Shown one piece after another: positions 12,215 through 27,583 of a stretch of DNA of 64,000 nt (positions are counted from its first letter, which is position 1; each line of letters opens with the position of its first letter). The translations under genes were made by a program, and so were the position numbers. The notes beneath the pieces were generated by a model. That model was not told the origin of the DNA. It did no database searches and saw nothing but the letters and a program-made list of their open reading frames with translations. Source of the stretch: Octopus vulgaris. Taxonomy: Eukaryota. Where the stretch lies: positions 22,382,001 to 22,446,000 of the forward strand of contig OX597838.1 of NCBI GenBank assembly GCA_951406725.2, given 5' to 3'.

Positions 12215-12400
12215 TTTTAAGAAGAGGGACAAAAGTTTACATCGACCCCAGTGTTTCACTGGTACTTCTTTTATCGGCCCCGAAAGGATGAAAGACAAAG
12301 ACGACCTCGGCGAAATTCGAACTCAGAACGTGAAGACGGGTGAAATACCGCTAGACATTTCGTTCGGTGTGCAATCGATTCTGCCACGGTCACCACTTTA
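12215..12400 (-). mobile_element. SINE B
   Basis: CCCCGAAAGGATGAAAGACAAAG.CGACCTCGGCG.AATT.GAACTCAGAACG. Confidence 0.85.
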
Positions 12401-12618
12401 AATAGCGGTTATATTATCAACCAATAAGATCTGTTTCTTCCATTTTATCCAATCAACGTTTGCCAGAATATTGAAGCAATCACCTATGTTACGCTTTTAC
12501 CTCTTGCTATTCATAATCGTATGAAGATCGGAACCGAAAGACTACAAGTTACGATTTTACAAAGTTGCAGCGTCAAGTGAATACGCTTTTATATTCAGGA
12601 TGGGATTATATAAAATAC

Positions 12619-12655
<37 letters not shown>

Positions 12656-13034
12656 GCATACATGTATGTGGAGTGCGGGCTTCTACTAATCAGAGCATAA
12701 GTAGGTAAATGCATGTCTGTGACACAAACACACACACACACGCACACATATATATATGTATACATATATATATACATATATATATACATATATATATACA
12801 TATATACATATATATATGCATATAAATATATATATATATATATATACGCATATATATATATACATATATATATACATATACATATATATACATATATATA
12901 TACACACACACATATATATATACATATATATATACATATACATATAATAATAAATATTAGGGAATAAATCCATATATATACATATATATATACTTATACA
13001 TATATATGTAAATATATATGTATGTATGTATATG

Positions 13035-13091
<57 letters not shown>

Positions 13092-13678
13092 TACATATAT
13101 ATGGATACATTATGTGTGTATGCATATATATATACACATATATGCATATATGTTTATGTATGATGTATGTATTCGTCTACACGCATCCATACACACATAC
13201 ACACACATACACACGTATGCACAAGCGCATACACAAGCATACACAAGCACCTACACACATACACAGTCACACACACACACATACTCAAAGGCACCAAATT
13301 TGCAACTAACTTTCCAAGTCTTTTCCAAACATTTCTGTTTTTTTTTGTTTTTTTAAGCTGCTTAAATGTTTAGCACTATTAACGGTCTTTTCTTTCCCCT
13401 CCAAAATTGCATTTGTTGTTGCTGTTCGTTTCGTGGTCGCCGTTGTTGTTGTTGTTGTTGTTGTTGCAGTTGTTGTTATTGTTGTTGTTGTTGTGTGGTT
13501 CTGAAGCGGAGTTTACCATTCCCGAAGTCATTGTTGCAGTAGCGTTTGTTGTGAATGCATCATTATATTTGTTGGTGTTTGTTTATTGTTGTTGTTGTTG
13601 TTGTTGTTGTTGTTAGCAGATTCCACTGTTGCTAGGGTGTATGTATGTATGTATATATGTGTGTGTGAGAGAGAGAGA

Positions 13679-13720
<42 letters not shown>

Positions 13721-13967
13721 CTGTATGTATGAAAAAAATATATGTGTGTGTATATCTATATATACATGCATACATGCCCACATACATACATACATGCCAA
13801 CATACCTACACTCATACATACATACGTGCTTACATATATACATATCTACATATATACACACATATATACATACACACATACACGCATACATACATAGATA
13901 CATACATGCATACATACATACATGTCTACATACATGTATACACACATACATGCATACATACATACAC

Positions 13968-14023
<56 letters not shown>

Positions 14024-14414
14024 GCATACATAATGCCTACATACATACACGCACATATATATATACATGCATGCATACATACATGCCTACATACATGCAT
14101 ACATACATGCATACATATATTCACAGATACATACACACATACATACATACATACATACATGTATACATACATACATGTGTGTGAATGTTCATGTTGTTCT
14201 AGCTTTTATCTCATACTTGTTGCAATCATTTTCCTGGAGCACCAACTTGATGCATTTTTAGTTGAACAAATCGACTGTAACAATATATGTTTTTGAAGTA
14301 TATTACTTCTTCTATCGGTGTCTTTTGCCGAACCGCAAATTTACGGGGACGTAAACACAAGCAATGGTGGGATCCAAACACAAACATAGACTCACACCTC
14401 ACCCTCACAGATGT

Positions 14415-14504
<90 letters not shown>

Positions 14505-14660
14505 TTCGGGGGTTACAAATACTGTTGTTTGTGGATACTTATTTTTGTAGTAATAGTAATGGTAACCTATTTGGCTGCTATTTCTAATATTTTCGGTATG
14601 TGGTTTAAGCAACTTGTTGCAAATAACCCTTTATTATAATTATATATATATATATATATA

Positions 14661-15178
<518 letters not shown>

Positions 15179-15435
15179 ATACATGTGTATACTTAGGTAT
15201 AAACCACTAGGTGGATAACCAATACGCTAGATCACATACTATCAAACTACTGGAGAACATTTTTCTTTGTCGTTAGCGTATTGGTTATCCACCTTGTGGT
15301 TTGTCCCTAAATATACAAAAGTAGTGAAATTTTTTCTGATTTTTCAGACTTTTTATATATCCTAGGCTACTGGCTTTAAATTGATATTAATTAAATTAAT
15401 ATTCAATTTATCTCCCTCATTATTTAAACATATAA

Positions 15436-15540
<105 letters not shown>

Positions 15541-15548
15541 ATATATGG

Positions 15549-16121
15549 TTATTCAAAACGTTTGTTCTTGAAAGTAGTCGTTTTTTCTGCAGCCCTCCCG
15601 TGAAATCCGGCTTTGTGCAGCGTCCAGTGAACAGTTTTTGTGGAAACTGGATTCTCGAGGTGGTCATTATGCTCTGCAGTAATTTTGGAAGCTGTACTTT
15701 TGCGATCCTTTCTAACAATTCGCGTAAAAGTCCGACGGTCCCTATCTGAAAGTTTTGGTTTTCTTCCGGAGTTTTGTTTCGACAAGGAGGTCTTTTTCCC
15801 TCTGTCTCAAAGGCTGTCATTACTTTCGAGACAGTACTTCTTGATACACCAACCATTGCGGCTGTCTTCGTTATGCTAGCGCCTGCCATAGAGCACCAAC
15901 AATTTGACCTCTTTGAAAGTCCAATAGATCTGTCATTTTAATGAATTTTAATTACCTTTTTCTGATATCTGAAAAGAAACAGCAATTTTAGCAAAACATA
16001 TTAAGCAACACTAATGATAAATAAAAAAACATAGAAATAACAAGCTTTTGACGGTTTTATAGATATTTCAAAATTATGATGCTATGGTGCTAGGTGTTTC
16101 CATTATTTTGTCCAACTCCTG
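15549..16121 (-). mobile_element. Tc1-like DNA transposon 5' fragment (TIR plus frameshifted transposase HTH region)
   Basis: TIR CAGGAGTTGGACAAAATAATGGAAACACC (16121-16093); ATG at 15936 MTDLLDFQRGQIVGA / MAGASITKTAAMVGVSRSTVSKV / SGRKPKLSDRDRR..RIVRKDRKSTASKI...PVSTKTV...LHKAGFHGR (paired-like HTH, GRPR-like motif). Confidence 0.9.
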
Positions 16122-16162
16122 TGTGGCGGGGGGGGCTGTGTATCTTTGTCTATCTATGTATT

Positions 16163-16362
16163 TTCTTTTACTTGTTTCAGTCATTAGACTGCAGCCATGC
16201 TGAAGTACCGCCTTAAAAAATGGTTTTAGTCGATTAAACATTCTTTCGGTTTCCGTCTACCAAATCCACCGACAAGGTATTTGTTGTCCCGAAGCTATAG
16301 TAGAAGACACTTGCCCAAGGTGCCATACAGTGGGACTGAACCCGAAACCATGTGGTCGGTAA
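16163..16362 (-). mobile_element. SINE A, internally deleted
   Basis: Tail motif joined directly to head-half motifs. Confidence 0.8.
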
Positions 16363-16382
16363 GCACACACACACAGACACAC

Positions 16383-16468
<86 letters not shown>

Positions 16469-16486
16469 CATATATGAAAATATGTT

Positions 16487-16525
<39 letters not shown>

Positions 16526-16644
16526 TCACAGACATCGCAAATAGGATTAAGATCTTTATATATTGTGCTGTCATGTCCATGTCAGTTTCAATCATGTGTA
16601 CCCTGTAATACCTATACTGGTTTGGTGTATATATATATATATAT

Positions 16645-16685
<41 letters not shown>

Positions 16686-16847
16686 GTATGTATGTATGTA
16701 TATTTATGTATATATGTGTGCATACATATACAAAACGTACACATATATGCATATATATGTATACATTTATGCACATGTATATATAAGTGCGCATAAACAT
16801 ATACATATATCTATGTATATATGCATATGCATGTATATATACATATT

Positions 16848-16880
<33 letters not shown>

Positions 16881-17149
16881 GTATATGTATGTATACACAT
16901 ATATATATGTGTGTGTGTGTATTTATGTTTTATCTTTTAGTTTTAGGTTCTTGAGAGCGTTCAAGCCGGTCGCTAACAAAGCCACAAGTCTTTTTGAGTT
17001 TGGAGAATTCTTGGTATTTGTAAATACGTGGTTGGGTTGCTGTGTTTGAGCTGTCGATGCACACACCCAAGTGTGAGCATCGATTCACCTAAAGAATCTC
17101 AGATGGAGAATATTTTGAATTGTCTTCCAAATCTACACCGTGCCACTAA

Positions 17150-18212
17150 CAGACTGGACGTGGAGAGGAAGAGCGAATGGCACCGCGAGTGTCGCGTAGC
17201 TCTCAAACAACTATGCCGTCCCGGGTCAACCTTGAGCGACTTCAACACAACCAAAGCATTCTATAGGGGATTAGTAGAGGGGAGGTACGACGACGAGCTC
17301 GGGACGAACCTGGACGTCGACGATTAATACCTGACCCACCTGTTCAGGACGACTTTCGGGCCAGGTCCCATGAATAGCATTCAGAGATCCCTGGCCTGGA
17401 AGTGCTACCGAGAAGCGCTACCCGTTCGGGATAGGCTCTACAGACACGGCTCGAGAAACACGGGGCCGACCTGCCCGAGATGCGGTCAGAGCGACGAAAC
17501 CGTTCTGCACGCACTCGTGCAATGTCCAACCATTTCCGACCTGTGGCTTATGTCTAACGACTGCTGTCACGTGTGGGACGAGTCGGTTTATCAGCGGCGT
17601 CTATCGTCAATATCGTCACGCCTCCTTCCTTCAAATGGGAAGGAAGAGCTATTTTCATCATACTTGTGACTATGGCGAAAGAATGTATCTGGTGGACGCG
17701 TCTGAAAGGATTAGAGACAAACACTTTCCTCTCTGGTCAATCTCTCATCAACTTCTTCAAGTATCACTTGAAAACGAAAGTGAGAGTAGAGAGGCAAGTT
17801 TTGTCTAGCGAATGTTTCAAAAAAAGATGGGTGACTGTAGCAAGGATGGCGTGCATGAATGACGAAGCCACCTTGAGCATGATCCTATGAACCTGGAAAA
17901 ATTTAAAACAGAGAGTTACTTAGCTGCAAATAAGTGTTAGCATGTGACATTATTGACCGAGGTTACCGTAGTCTTTTCCGTAGGCTTTTCTTTCCACAGA
18001 TAAACCTTATCTGTTTTCCCCCTTTACACTTTACATCATGGCATTTCTGTGATACGCGATCCCTATTGATCTTATTTTCTTTTTCTTTCCTTTTTTACGA
18101 TCCCTTTTGATCGAAAACCTACCCCACTTTTTTTTCCTCCCCAAAAACAAAAGCTCTACTTTGTAATTTGTCCCGTCTGTGTTCAGCCCTGTGTGGCTAA
18201 TAAAGAAACATA
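17150..18212 (+). mobile_element. Tx1/L1-like LINE 3' fragment (zf-RVT/CCHC region plus 3' UTR), disrupted
   Basis: SLAWKCYREALPVRDRLYRHG..PTCPRCGQSDETVLHALVQC (W....ALP...L, CxxC..ET..H...C); stop and frameshift; pyrimidine-rich UTR ending AATAAAGAAACATA; second copy at 34617-35153. Confidence 0.88.
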
Positions 18213-18377
18213 TCTATATATATATAACTATCTATCTATCTACATATCTATCTACCTAACTGTCTCTCTATTTATCTACCTATCTATCTACCTATCTACC
18301 TATCTGTCTATCTATCAATCTATCTACCTATCTAATTATCTAGGTAGATAAATATGTAGGTAGATAGTTAGATAGAT

Positions 18378-18612
18378 AGACGCCATGATAGATCGTTAGC
18401 CACTACACGAGACGCCATGATAGATCGTTAGCCACTACACACAATTTTTTCTCTCCTTGTCTCTCTCCTTGTTTTTTCTGTGTACCTTTCTGTAGAAGAG
18501 CGTAGGCTCGAAACGTTAAAGACTTTTTCTATTCCTGAGCGCTATACTAATACATCTGTTTGTTTTGTAAACCACCTGTCTTCGACTTTCGTTTTATTTT
18601 CGTAAATTTTCC
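18378..18612 (+). mobile_element. Short repeat with variant hammerhead-like fold
   Basis: 18486-18521 CUUU-CUGUAGAA-GAGCguagGCUC-GAAACGUU-AAAG; homologues at 2553-2740 and 49964-50050; 31-bp tandem duplication at the 5' end. Confidence 0.65.
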
Positions 18613-19205
18613 TTATCTAGTTATCTACCTGTCTATCTATCTAGTTATCTACCTATCTATCTATCTATCTATCTATCTATCTCTCTATCTATCTACCTAT
18701 CTTTTTATCAACTTTTCTACCTATCTACTTATCTACCTATCTACCTATCTATCTATCTATCTAACTATCTATCTACATATCTATCTATCAATTTATTTAT
18801 ATCTATATCTATCTATCTATATATATATTTATCTATCTATCAATCTATCTATCTATCTATATTTATTCACTTATTTATTTATCCATTTATTTATTATTTA
18901 TCTGTATGTATCAGTATGATTCTGTATCATATTTAGCGAAAAACCCAGAACCTTCCTCAAAGCTGAACGAAATAGCTAACTGTAAATAACAGGATTAGAA
19001 AATGGATTTGCTTCCCAACGGGAGCCACTGTTTCATATTCGGAATATTAACTCTTGGCAACAACAGCAAAGATTGTTTTTATTTCTGACATTCCCTTGTG
19101 CGGCAACCATGTCCATGTGATCTGTAATTCAGATTCCAAAATTCCAAAATTCCATCTGCATTCGGATAATAGGCTTGCAAAGGTAAACAAAGGGAACATA
19201 TATAC

Positions 19206-19307
<102 letters not shown>

Positions 19308-19308
19308 G

Positions 19309-19355
<47 letters not shown>

Positions 19356-19394
19356 ATATATATATATATAAATATATATATATGTATGTATATG

Positions 19395-19427
<33 letters not shown>

Positions 19428-19689
19428 GTGCGTGTGTATGAGTGTATATATATATATATATACACATATATATATATATACACACCAACACATACACACA
19501 CACACACACACACATTATTATTATGTAATATTGTATGTATAGAGTTATGGTGAGGTAACCAAGAACAAATCGTAGAGTGAAGATACGCATGATTTATGCT
19601 TGTTTGTTTGATTGTTCAGATGATGTCACAAACTTGGTGGCGTTCATAATTACGAAATCATCGGAGTGCATTTCCATTATTTCAACCGT

Positions 19690-19850
19690 TAACAAATCCC
19701 GCCGAGGTCGATTTTGCCTTTGATCCTTTCAGTGGGGGGAGGGCGATAAATTAAGTATTAATTGCGTACTGAGGCGGGGGTGTCGATCTAATCGACCGGC
19801 CCTCCCCCCGCAAGAAAATTTCGGACCTCGTGCCTAGGGTAGTAAAGATT
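19690..19850 (+). mobile_element. SINE B, partial
   Basis: CCGCCGAGGTCGATTTTGCCTTTGATCCTTTC core, tail CCTCCCCCGCAAGAAAATTTCGGACCTCGTGCCT. Confidence 0.75.
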
Positions 19851-20106
19851 AATTCGGTCACATAGATTTTTGTATGTGACATCATCCGAAGAGACTCGCA
19901 TACAAACACACAAACACACGTACAAAAAAGCACAGACACATACAGTCACATTCATGTATGTGTATGTATACATAAAGCTATACACCTACACATACGATTA
20001 TATATGTATATATGTGTGTGTGTATGTGTGCGTGCGTGCGTGTGTATGCGTGTATGTGTATATGTATATATATATATATGTATATATATATGTATGTATG
20101 TATGTA

Positions 20107-20138
<32 letters not shown>

Positions 20139-20173
20139 AGTATGTATGTATGTATGTATGTATGTATATATAT

Positions 20174-20225
<52 letters not shown>

Positions 20226-20229
<4 letters not shown>

Positions 20230-20562
20230 CAAAAACGCAATAGAGAGCATTAAAGCGTTCGGACAGATAGACGACAAACAAAGGCGGACAAGAGAAACAA
20301 CAATTAGAAGGATAGGCAAAAAAAGACGGGTCATTCTTGGCTTTCTTTCATCAGTTAAGTACAAGATATCCTTACAGTTTCGGACCGTTACACTTCAGAT
20401 GGTTCGATCTGGTTGTCCCCAAAAAAGTCTAAGCTAAGAGCATTAGACCCCTTTGTAAGAAAGCGAGCGAATGTGTACGGCAACAAAGACATCTCTTCAG
20501 TTATTGGGCCATCAGAGTTTTATCATGGCTACCGAATAACTGTCCCATATTATATTTACAGA
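20226..20562. mobile_element. Composite of two TA-inserted repeats (families of 42100-42390 and 41348-41565)
   Basis: 20300-20490 is reverse-complementary to 42180-42360 (GAATGACCCGTC, CTAATGCTCTTAGCTTA); 20491-20562 matches parts of 41442-41565. Confidence 0.65.
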
Positions 20563-20614
20563 TATGTATGTATATATGTATATATAATATAGATATAGAT
20601 ATAGATGCACCCAC

Positions 20615-20654
<40 letters not shown>

Positions 20655-20828
20655 GTGTAGTGTGTGCGTGTGTGCTGGTGTGTGTATGTGTAATTATATT
20701 ATTTCAACGAATATTTAAATAAGTGTATATCGTTGAAGAATAAATATTATGATAAAGGAATATTCTGATTAAAACAATATTTTACAAATTGAAAAATGTG
20801 CCGCATTCTTTATTATGATAAGTGTGTT

Positions 20829-20892
<64 letters not shown>

Positions 20893-20964
20893 CATACATA
20901 CGAACATACATATATATACATATATATATATACATATATATACATATATATACATATACATATA

Positions 20965-21044
<80 letters not shown>

Positions 21045-21596
21045 GATAACTTTACATCCTTTTATGAGTGTATAATTTCGGAAATGTATGTAGAATTTTA
21101 TAATTGAATTTTTGTGATATGAAGTAACCCTTCGGTTATTCAAGTAAAGAAAGAATGGTTTTCTCCTAACCATTGGGATCACAAAGACGGCTGTTTGAGT
21201 TATATATGTGTTTATACACACATGTGTGAATGGCGATTCCTTGTTCAGAAAGAACAAGGGGAAGGGTTGGAAGGTGAACCGCAGAAACACTGTAATGTCG
21301 GCAGTGCCACCCACGTAGAGAAAACGCGACGTAACTCTAAGTTATCAGCTTTGATTGCTTGCTTCCTAAATATATATCTATTCCTCCTCTAATGTGACCG
21401 TTTTGTTGACCTCTGTCCAGATTAGTCGCAGTGTCCACATTCTGAAAGAGGCCTTAGAAATACGCTCAACGTCATGTAAGGAAGACGCCATTACAGCTGT
21501 CGTCTGCAAGAAAGAGCTTTGTCATCTCCTTACGTTAAAACTAATATACATATTAATCCAGCGGATTAAGCACTGTGTACACTGCAGATCGCTTGT

Positions 21597-24500
21597 ATGT
21601 GTGCAGGTATGTATGCATGTAGTAGATGCGTGAGTATGTGTGTATCGCATGTGTGTCCATGTGTGCAAGCATATATACATGTATGCATGTAGCAGATGCG
21701 TAAGTATGAGTGTATCGCATGTGTGTCCATGTGTGCAAGTATATATACATGTATGCATGTAGTAGATGCGTAACTATGTGTGTTTCGCATGTGTGTCCAT
21801 GTGTGCAAGTATATATACATGTATGCATGTAGTAGATGCGTAAGTATGTGTGTATCGCATGTGTGTCCATGTGTGCAGGTATATATACATGTATGCATGT
21901 AGTAGATGCGTAAGTATGAGTGTTTCGCATGTGTGTCCATGTGTGCAAGTATATATACATGTATGCATGTAGCAGATGCGTAAGTATGAGTGTATCGCAT
22001 GTGTGTCCATGTGTGCAAGTATTTATACATGTATGCATGTAGTAGATGCGTAAGTATGTGTGTATCGCATGTGTGTCCATGTGTGCAAGTATATATACAT
22101 GTATGCATGTAGTAGATGCGTAAGTATGTGTGTATCGCATGTGTGTCCATGTGTGCAAGTATATATACATGTATGCATGTAGTAGATGCGTAAGTATGTG
22201 TGTTTCGCATGTGTGTCCATGTGTGCAGGTATATATACATGTATGCATGTAGTAGATGCGTAAGTATGTGTGTTTCGCATGTGTGTCCATGTGTGCAAGT
22301 ATATATACATGTATGCATGTAGTAGATGCGTAAGTATGTGTGTATCGCATGTGTGTCCATGTGTGCAAGTATATATACATGTATGCATGTAGTAGATGCG
22401 TAAGTATGTGTGTATCGCATGTGTGTCCATGTGTGCAAGTATATATACATGTATGCATGTAGTAGATGCGTAAGTATGTGTGTATCGCATGTGTGTCCAT
22501 GTGTGCAAGTATATATACATGTATGCATGTAGTAGATGCGTAAGTATGTGTGTATCGCATGTGTGTCCATGTGTGCAAGTATATATACATGTATGCATGT
22601 AGTAGATGCGTAAGTATGTGTGTATCGCATGTGTGTCCATGCGTGCAAGTATATATACATGTATGCATGTAGTAGATACGTAAGTATGTGTGTATCGCAT
22701 GTGTGTCCATGTGTGCAAGTATATATACATGTATGCATGTAGTAGATGCGTAAGTATATGTGTATCGCATGTGTGTCCATGTGTGCAGGTATATATACAT
22801 GTATGCATGTAGTAGATGCGTAAGTATGTGTGTTTCGCATGTGTGTCCATGTGTGCAAGTATATATACATGTATGCATGTAGTAGATGCGTAAGTATGTG
22901 TGTATCGCATGTGTGTCCATGTGTGCAAGTATATATACATGTATGCATGTAGTAGATGCGTAAGTATGTGTGTATCGCATGTGTGTCCATGTGTGCAAGT
23001 ATATATACATGTATGCATGTAGTAGATGCGTAAGTATGTGTGTTTCGCATGTGTGTCCATGTGTGCAAGTATATATACATGTATGCATGTAGTAGATGCG
23101 TAAGTATGTGTGTTTCGCATGTGTGTCCATGTGTGCAAGTATATATACATGTATGCATGTAGTAGATGCGTAAGTGTGTGTGTATCGCATGTGTGTCCAT
23201 GTGTGCAAGTATATATACATGTATGCATGTAGTAGATGCGTAGGTATGTGTGTTTCGCATGTGTGTCCATGTGTGCAAGTATATATACATGTATGCATGT
23301 AGTAGATACGTAAGTATGTGTGTTTCGCATGTGTGTCCATGTGTGCAAGTATATATACATGTATGCATGTAGTAGATGCGTAAGTATGTGTGTATCGCAT
23401 GTGTGTCCATGTGTGCAAGTATATATACATGTATGCATGTAGTAGATGCGTAAGTATGTGTGTATCGCATGTGTGTCCATGTGTGCAAGTATATATACAT
23501 GTATGCATGTAGTAGATGCGTAAGTATGTGTGTATCGCATGTGTGTCCATGTGTGCAAGTATATATACATGTCTACATGTAGTAGATGCGTAAGTATGTG
23601 TGTTTCGCATGCGTGTCCATGTGTGCAAGTATATATACATGTATGCATGTAGTAGATGCGTAAGTATGTGTGTATCGCATGTGTGTCCATGTGTGCAAGT
23701 ATATATACATGTTTTCATGTAGTAGATGCGTAAGTATGTGTGTATCGCATGTGTGTCCATGTGTGCAAGTATATATACATGTATGCATGTAGTAGATGCG
23801 TAAGTATGTGTGTATCGCATGTGTGTCCATGTGTGCAAGTATATATACGTGTATGCATGTAGTAGATGCGTAAGTATGTGTGTATCGCATGTGTGTCCAT
23901 GTGTGCAAGTATATATACATGTATGCATGTAGTAGATTCGTAAGTATGTGTGTATCGCATGTGTGTCCATGTGTGCAAGTATATATACATGTCTACATGT
24001 AGTAGATGCGTAAGTATGTGTGTTTCGCATGCGTGTCCATGTGTGCAAGTATATATACATGTATGCATGTAGTAGATGCGTAAGTATGTGTGTATCGCAT
24101 GTGTGTCCATGTGTGCAAGTATATATACATGTTTGCATGTAGTAGATGCGTAAGTATGTGTGTATCGCATGTGTGTCCATGTGTGCAAGTATATATACAT
24201 GTATGCATGTAGTAGATGCGTAAGTATGTGTGTATCGCATGTGTGTCCATGTGTGCAAGTATATATACATGTCTACATGTAGTAGATGCGTAAGTATGTG
24301 TGTATCGCATGTGTGTCCATGTGTGCAAGTATATATACATGCATGCATGTAGTAGATGCGTAAGTATGTGTGTATCGCATGTGTGTCCATGTGTGCAAGT
24401 ATATATACATGTATGCATGTAGTAGATGCGTAAGTATGTGTGTATCGCATGTGTGTCCATGTGTGCAAGTATATATACATGTATGCATGTAGTAGATGCG

Positions 24501-25118
24501 TAAGTATGTGTGTATCGCATGTGTGTCCATGTGTGCAAGTATATATACATGTCTACATGTAGTAGATGCGTAAGTATGTGTGTTTCGCATGCGTGTCCAT
24601 GTGTGCAAGTATATATACATGTATGCATGTAGTAGATGTGTAAGTATGTGTGTATCGCATGTGTGTCCATGTGTGCAAGTATATATACATGTATACATGT
24701 AGTAGATGCGTAAGTATGTGTGTATCGCATGTGTGTCCATGTGTGCAAGTATATATGCATGTATGCATGTAGTAGATGCGTAAGTATGTGTGTATCGCAT
24801 GTGTGTCCATGTGTACAAGTATATATACATGTATACATGTAGTAGATGCGTAAGTATGTGTGTATCGCATGTGTGTCCATGTTTGCAAGTATATATACAT
24901 GTATGCATGTAGTAGATGCGTAAGTATGTGTGTATCGCATGTGTGTCCATGTGTGCAGGTATATATACATGTATGCATGTAGTAGATGCGTAAGTATGTT
25001 TGTTTCGCATGTGTATCGCATGTGTGTCCATGTGTGCAAGTATATATACATGTATGCATGTAGTAGATGCGTAAGTATGTGTGTATCGCATGTGTGTCCA
25101 TGTGTGCAAGTATATATA
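21597..25118. repeat. 70-bp tandem minisatellite, about 50 copies
   Basis: Unit GTATGCATGTAGTAGATGCGTAAGTATGTGTGTATCGCATGTGTGTCCATGTGTGCAAGTATATATACAT repeated with 0-3 substitutions. Confidence 0.98.
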
Positions 25119-25171
25119 CGTATACATGCATGTATGTACCTATATCTGCATGAATATAGATGCATATATAC

Positions 25172-25203
<32 letters not shown>

Positions 25204-25302
25204 AATTATGTATGTATATATTTGCATATGCACACGTATACGCACTAACACGCATACACACGTTCATATACTAATATACACACAATATGTATCTATGATG
25301 CT

Positions 25303-25372
<70 letters not shown>

Positions 25373-25580
25373 TGTGTGTGTGTATGTATATACAAACATG
25401 CATATACGCATACATATCTGTTTAGGTGTCTGAGTGGGAGGTTGGGTATATACATATATATATATATATATATATTCATATTTATATATACATATATATA
25501 CATATATACATATATCATTGTATTATATATTTATATTTATATATACATATGTATATATATACATATATATATATACATAT

Positions 25581-25637
<57 letters not shown>

Positions 25638-26139
25638 TATATATATGTATGTATGTGTGTATTTATATATAATGTATATATATATTATATATAGAAGATA
25701 TATCACACACACACACGCACACACACACACACATACACATATATATATATATATATTCGCTCACACGTTGTATGGATACATATGAGCGTATATGCACTTC
25801 ATTGTGTGTGTGTGTATGTGTGTGTGTGTGTGTATGTGTGTGTGTTTGTGCAGGTGAGTGTGTATGAACATGAGTGTTTGTATTTCCTCCGAGTGCATGT
25901 GCGTTGAGTGAAATATGACTTTCGCACATGCGAACGAATGAGCGAATGCATAATAAAACGAGGGCGGAATGAGTTGGATTGGATGGAGGGGAGGAAGGAG
26001 TTTGAGGAAGAAGAGAAGAAGAGGTGAATGGCTGGTTGTTGGAAAGCGGGAGTGAATGAGGGGCGTAGAGGGGGCATTGAATGTGAAGAGCAGATTAGCA
26101 GATCACGTATGGTTAATAATATAGAAGTGGAATATGTGT

Positions 26140-26308
26140 GTGTGTATATGTGTGTATATGTGTGTATGTGTGCGAAGAGAAAGAGAGAGAAAAAGAGTGT
26201 GTGTGCGAAGAGAAAGTGTGTGTATGTGTGTATGTGTGTATGTGTGTATGTGTGTATGTGTGTGGTAGATGGAAACTGAAAGAAGCCCGTCATATATATG
26301 TGTGCGCA

Positions 26309-26344
<36 letters not shown>

Positions 26345-26449
26345 AAGAGAAAGAGAGAGAAAAAGAGTGTGTGTGCGAAGAGAAAGTGTGTGTATGTGTG
26401 TATGTGTGTGTGTGTGTGTGTGGTTGATGGAAACTGAAAGAAGCCCGTC

Positions 26450-26488
<39 letters not shown>

Positions 26489-26770
26489 GTAGATGGAAAT
26501 TGAAAGAAGCTCGTCATATATATGTGTGGATGTACGTAGCTGTGTATGTGTGTGTGTGTGAAGAGAAAGAGAGAGAAAAAGAGTGTGTGTGAAGAGAAAG
26601 TGTGTGTGTGTGGTTGATGGAAACTGAAAGAAGCCCGTCATATATATATATGTGTGCATGTATGTGTGTGTGAAGAGAAAGAGTGCGTGTATGTGAAGAG
26701 AAAATGTGTATATGTGCGTATATGAGTGTGTGTGTGTGAAACTGAAAGAAGCCCGTCATATACATGTGTG
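26140..26770 (+). repeat. Compound tandem repeat containing a SINE A fragment
   Basis: Five copies of (GATG)GAAACTGAAAGAAGCCCGTCATA alternating with GAAGAGAAAGAGAGAGAAAAAGAG and (TG)n. Confidence 0.85.
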
Positions 26771-26836
26771 TGCATGTGTGTGTGTGTATGTGTGTGTGTG
26801 TGTGCATGTGTGTGTGTGTATGTATGTGTGTGTGTG

Positions 26837-26884
<48 letters not shown>

Positions 26885-26887
<3 letters not shown>

Positions 26888-26966
26888 TAAGAAGTTTGCT
26901 TCCCTACAACATGGTTCCGGGTTCAGTCCCACTCCGCAGCACCTTGGGCAAGTGTCTTCTACTATA
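26885..26966 (+). mobile_element. SINE A head fragment
   Basis: CATGGTTCCGGGTTCAGTCCCACT..GCACCTTGGGCAAGTGTCTTCTACTATA. Confidence 0.8.
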
Positions 26967-27353
26967 AACATACACACACTCGCATACGTAATATGGACCA
27001 TATTTTTTTTGAACGGAGACGTTACTATCGTATCTGATTCTTCAAATCCTTCCATTCTCCGTGTGTAAATATATTTGCTAGACTGCTGACATTTAGCATT
27101 AGTTTCTCTAATTCTGCTTATGCGGCATTTTCCCATAACTTTTGACGACACGGGCATGCTAGTTTTATTTATATTAATTTATAATCACCGTTATTCATTT
27201 TGCTCATCATGTACACGTACGTGTGAATCCGTATTCATTTTATTTATTTTATTCGATTTCAGGAAAATTGCAACATGTGTTTGATAATTCCGGAGTATAT
27301 TGAACTTATTTTATGCGTGACTTTTCATCGACCCTACACATACACACTCATTC

Positions 27354-27432
<79 letters not shown>

Positions 27433-27501
27433 TGTGTTTGTATGTATGTATATATATATGTGTATATATATATATATATGTATAAATATATATATATATG
27501 C

Positions 27502-27533
<32 letters not shown>

Positions 27534-27551
27534 GCATATATATATATGTAT

Positions 27552-27583
<32 letters not shown>

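Noticed and set aside
13380-13635. Asn/Gln-rich minus-strand reading frames resembling a terminal exon
   Set aside because: Dominated by (AAC)n, weak splice acceptor, no recognisable domain.
21597-25118. CRISPR-like regular array
   Set aside because: Units are contiguous with no unique spacers, there are no cas genes, and the context is eukaryotic.
21553-25267. Very long ORFs (up to 975 aa) on the minus strand
   Set aside because: They are translations of the 70-bp tandem repeat, open in all three frames because the unit lacks stops on that strand; no protein features.
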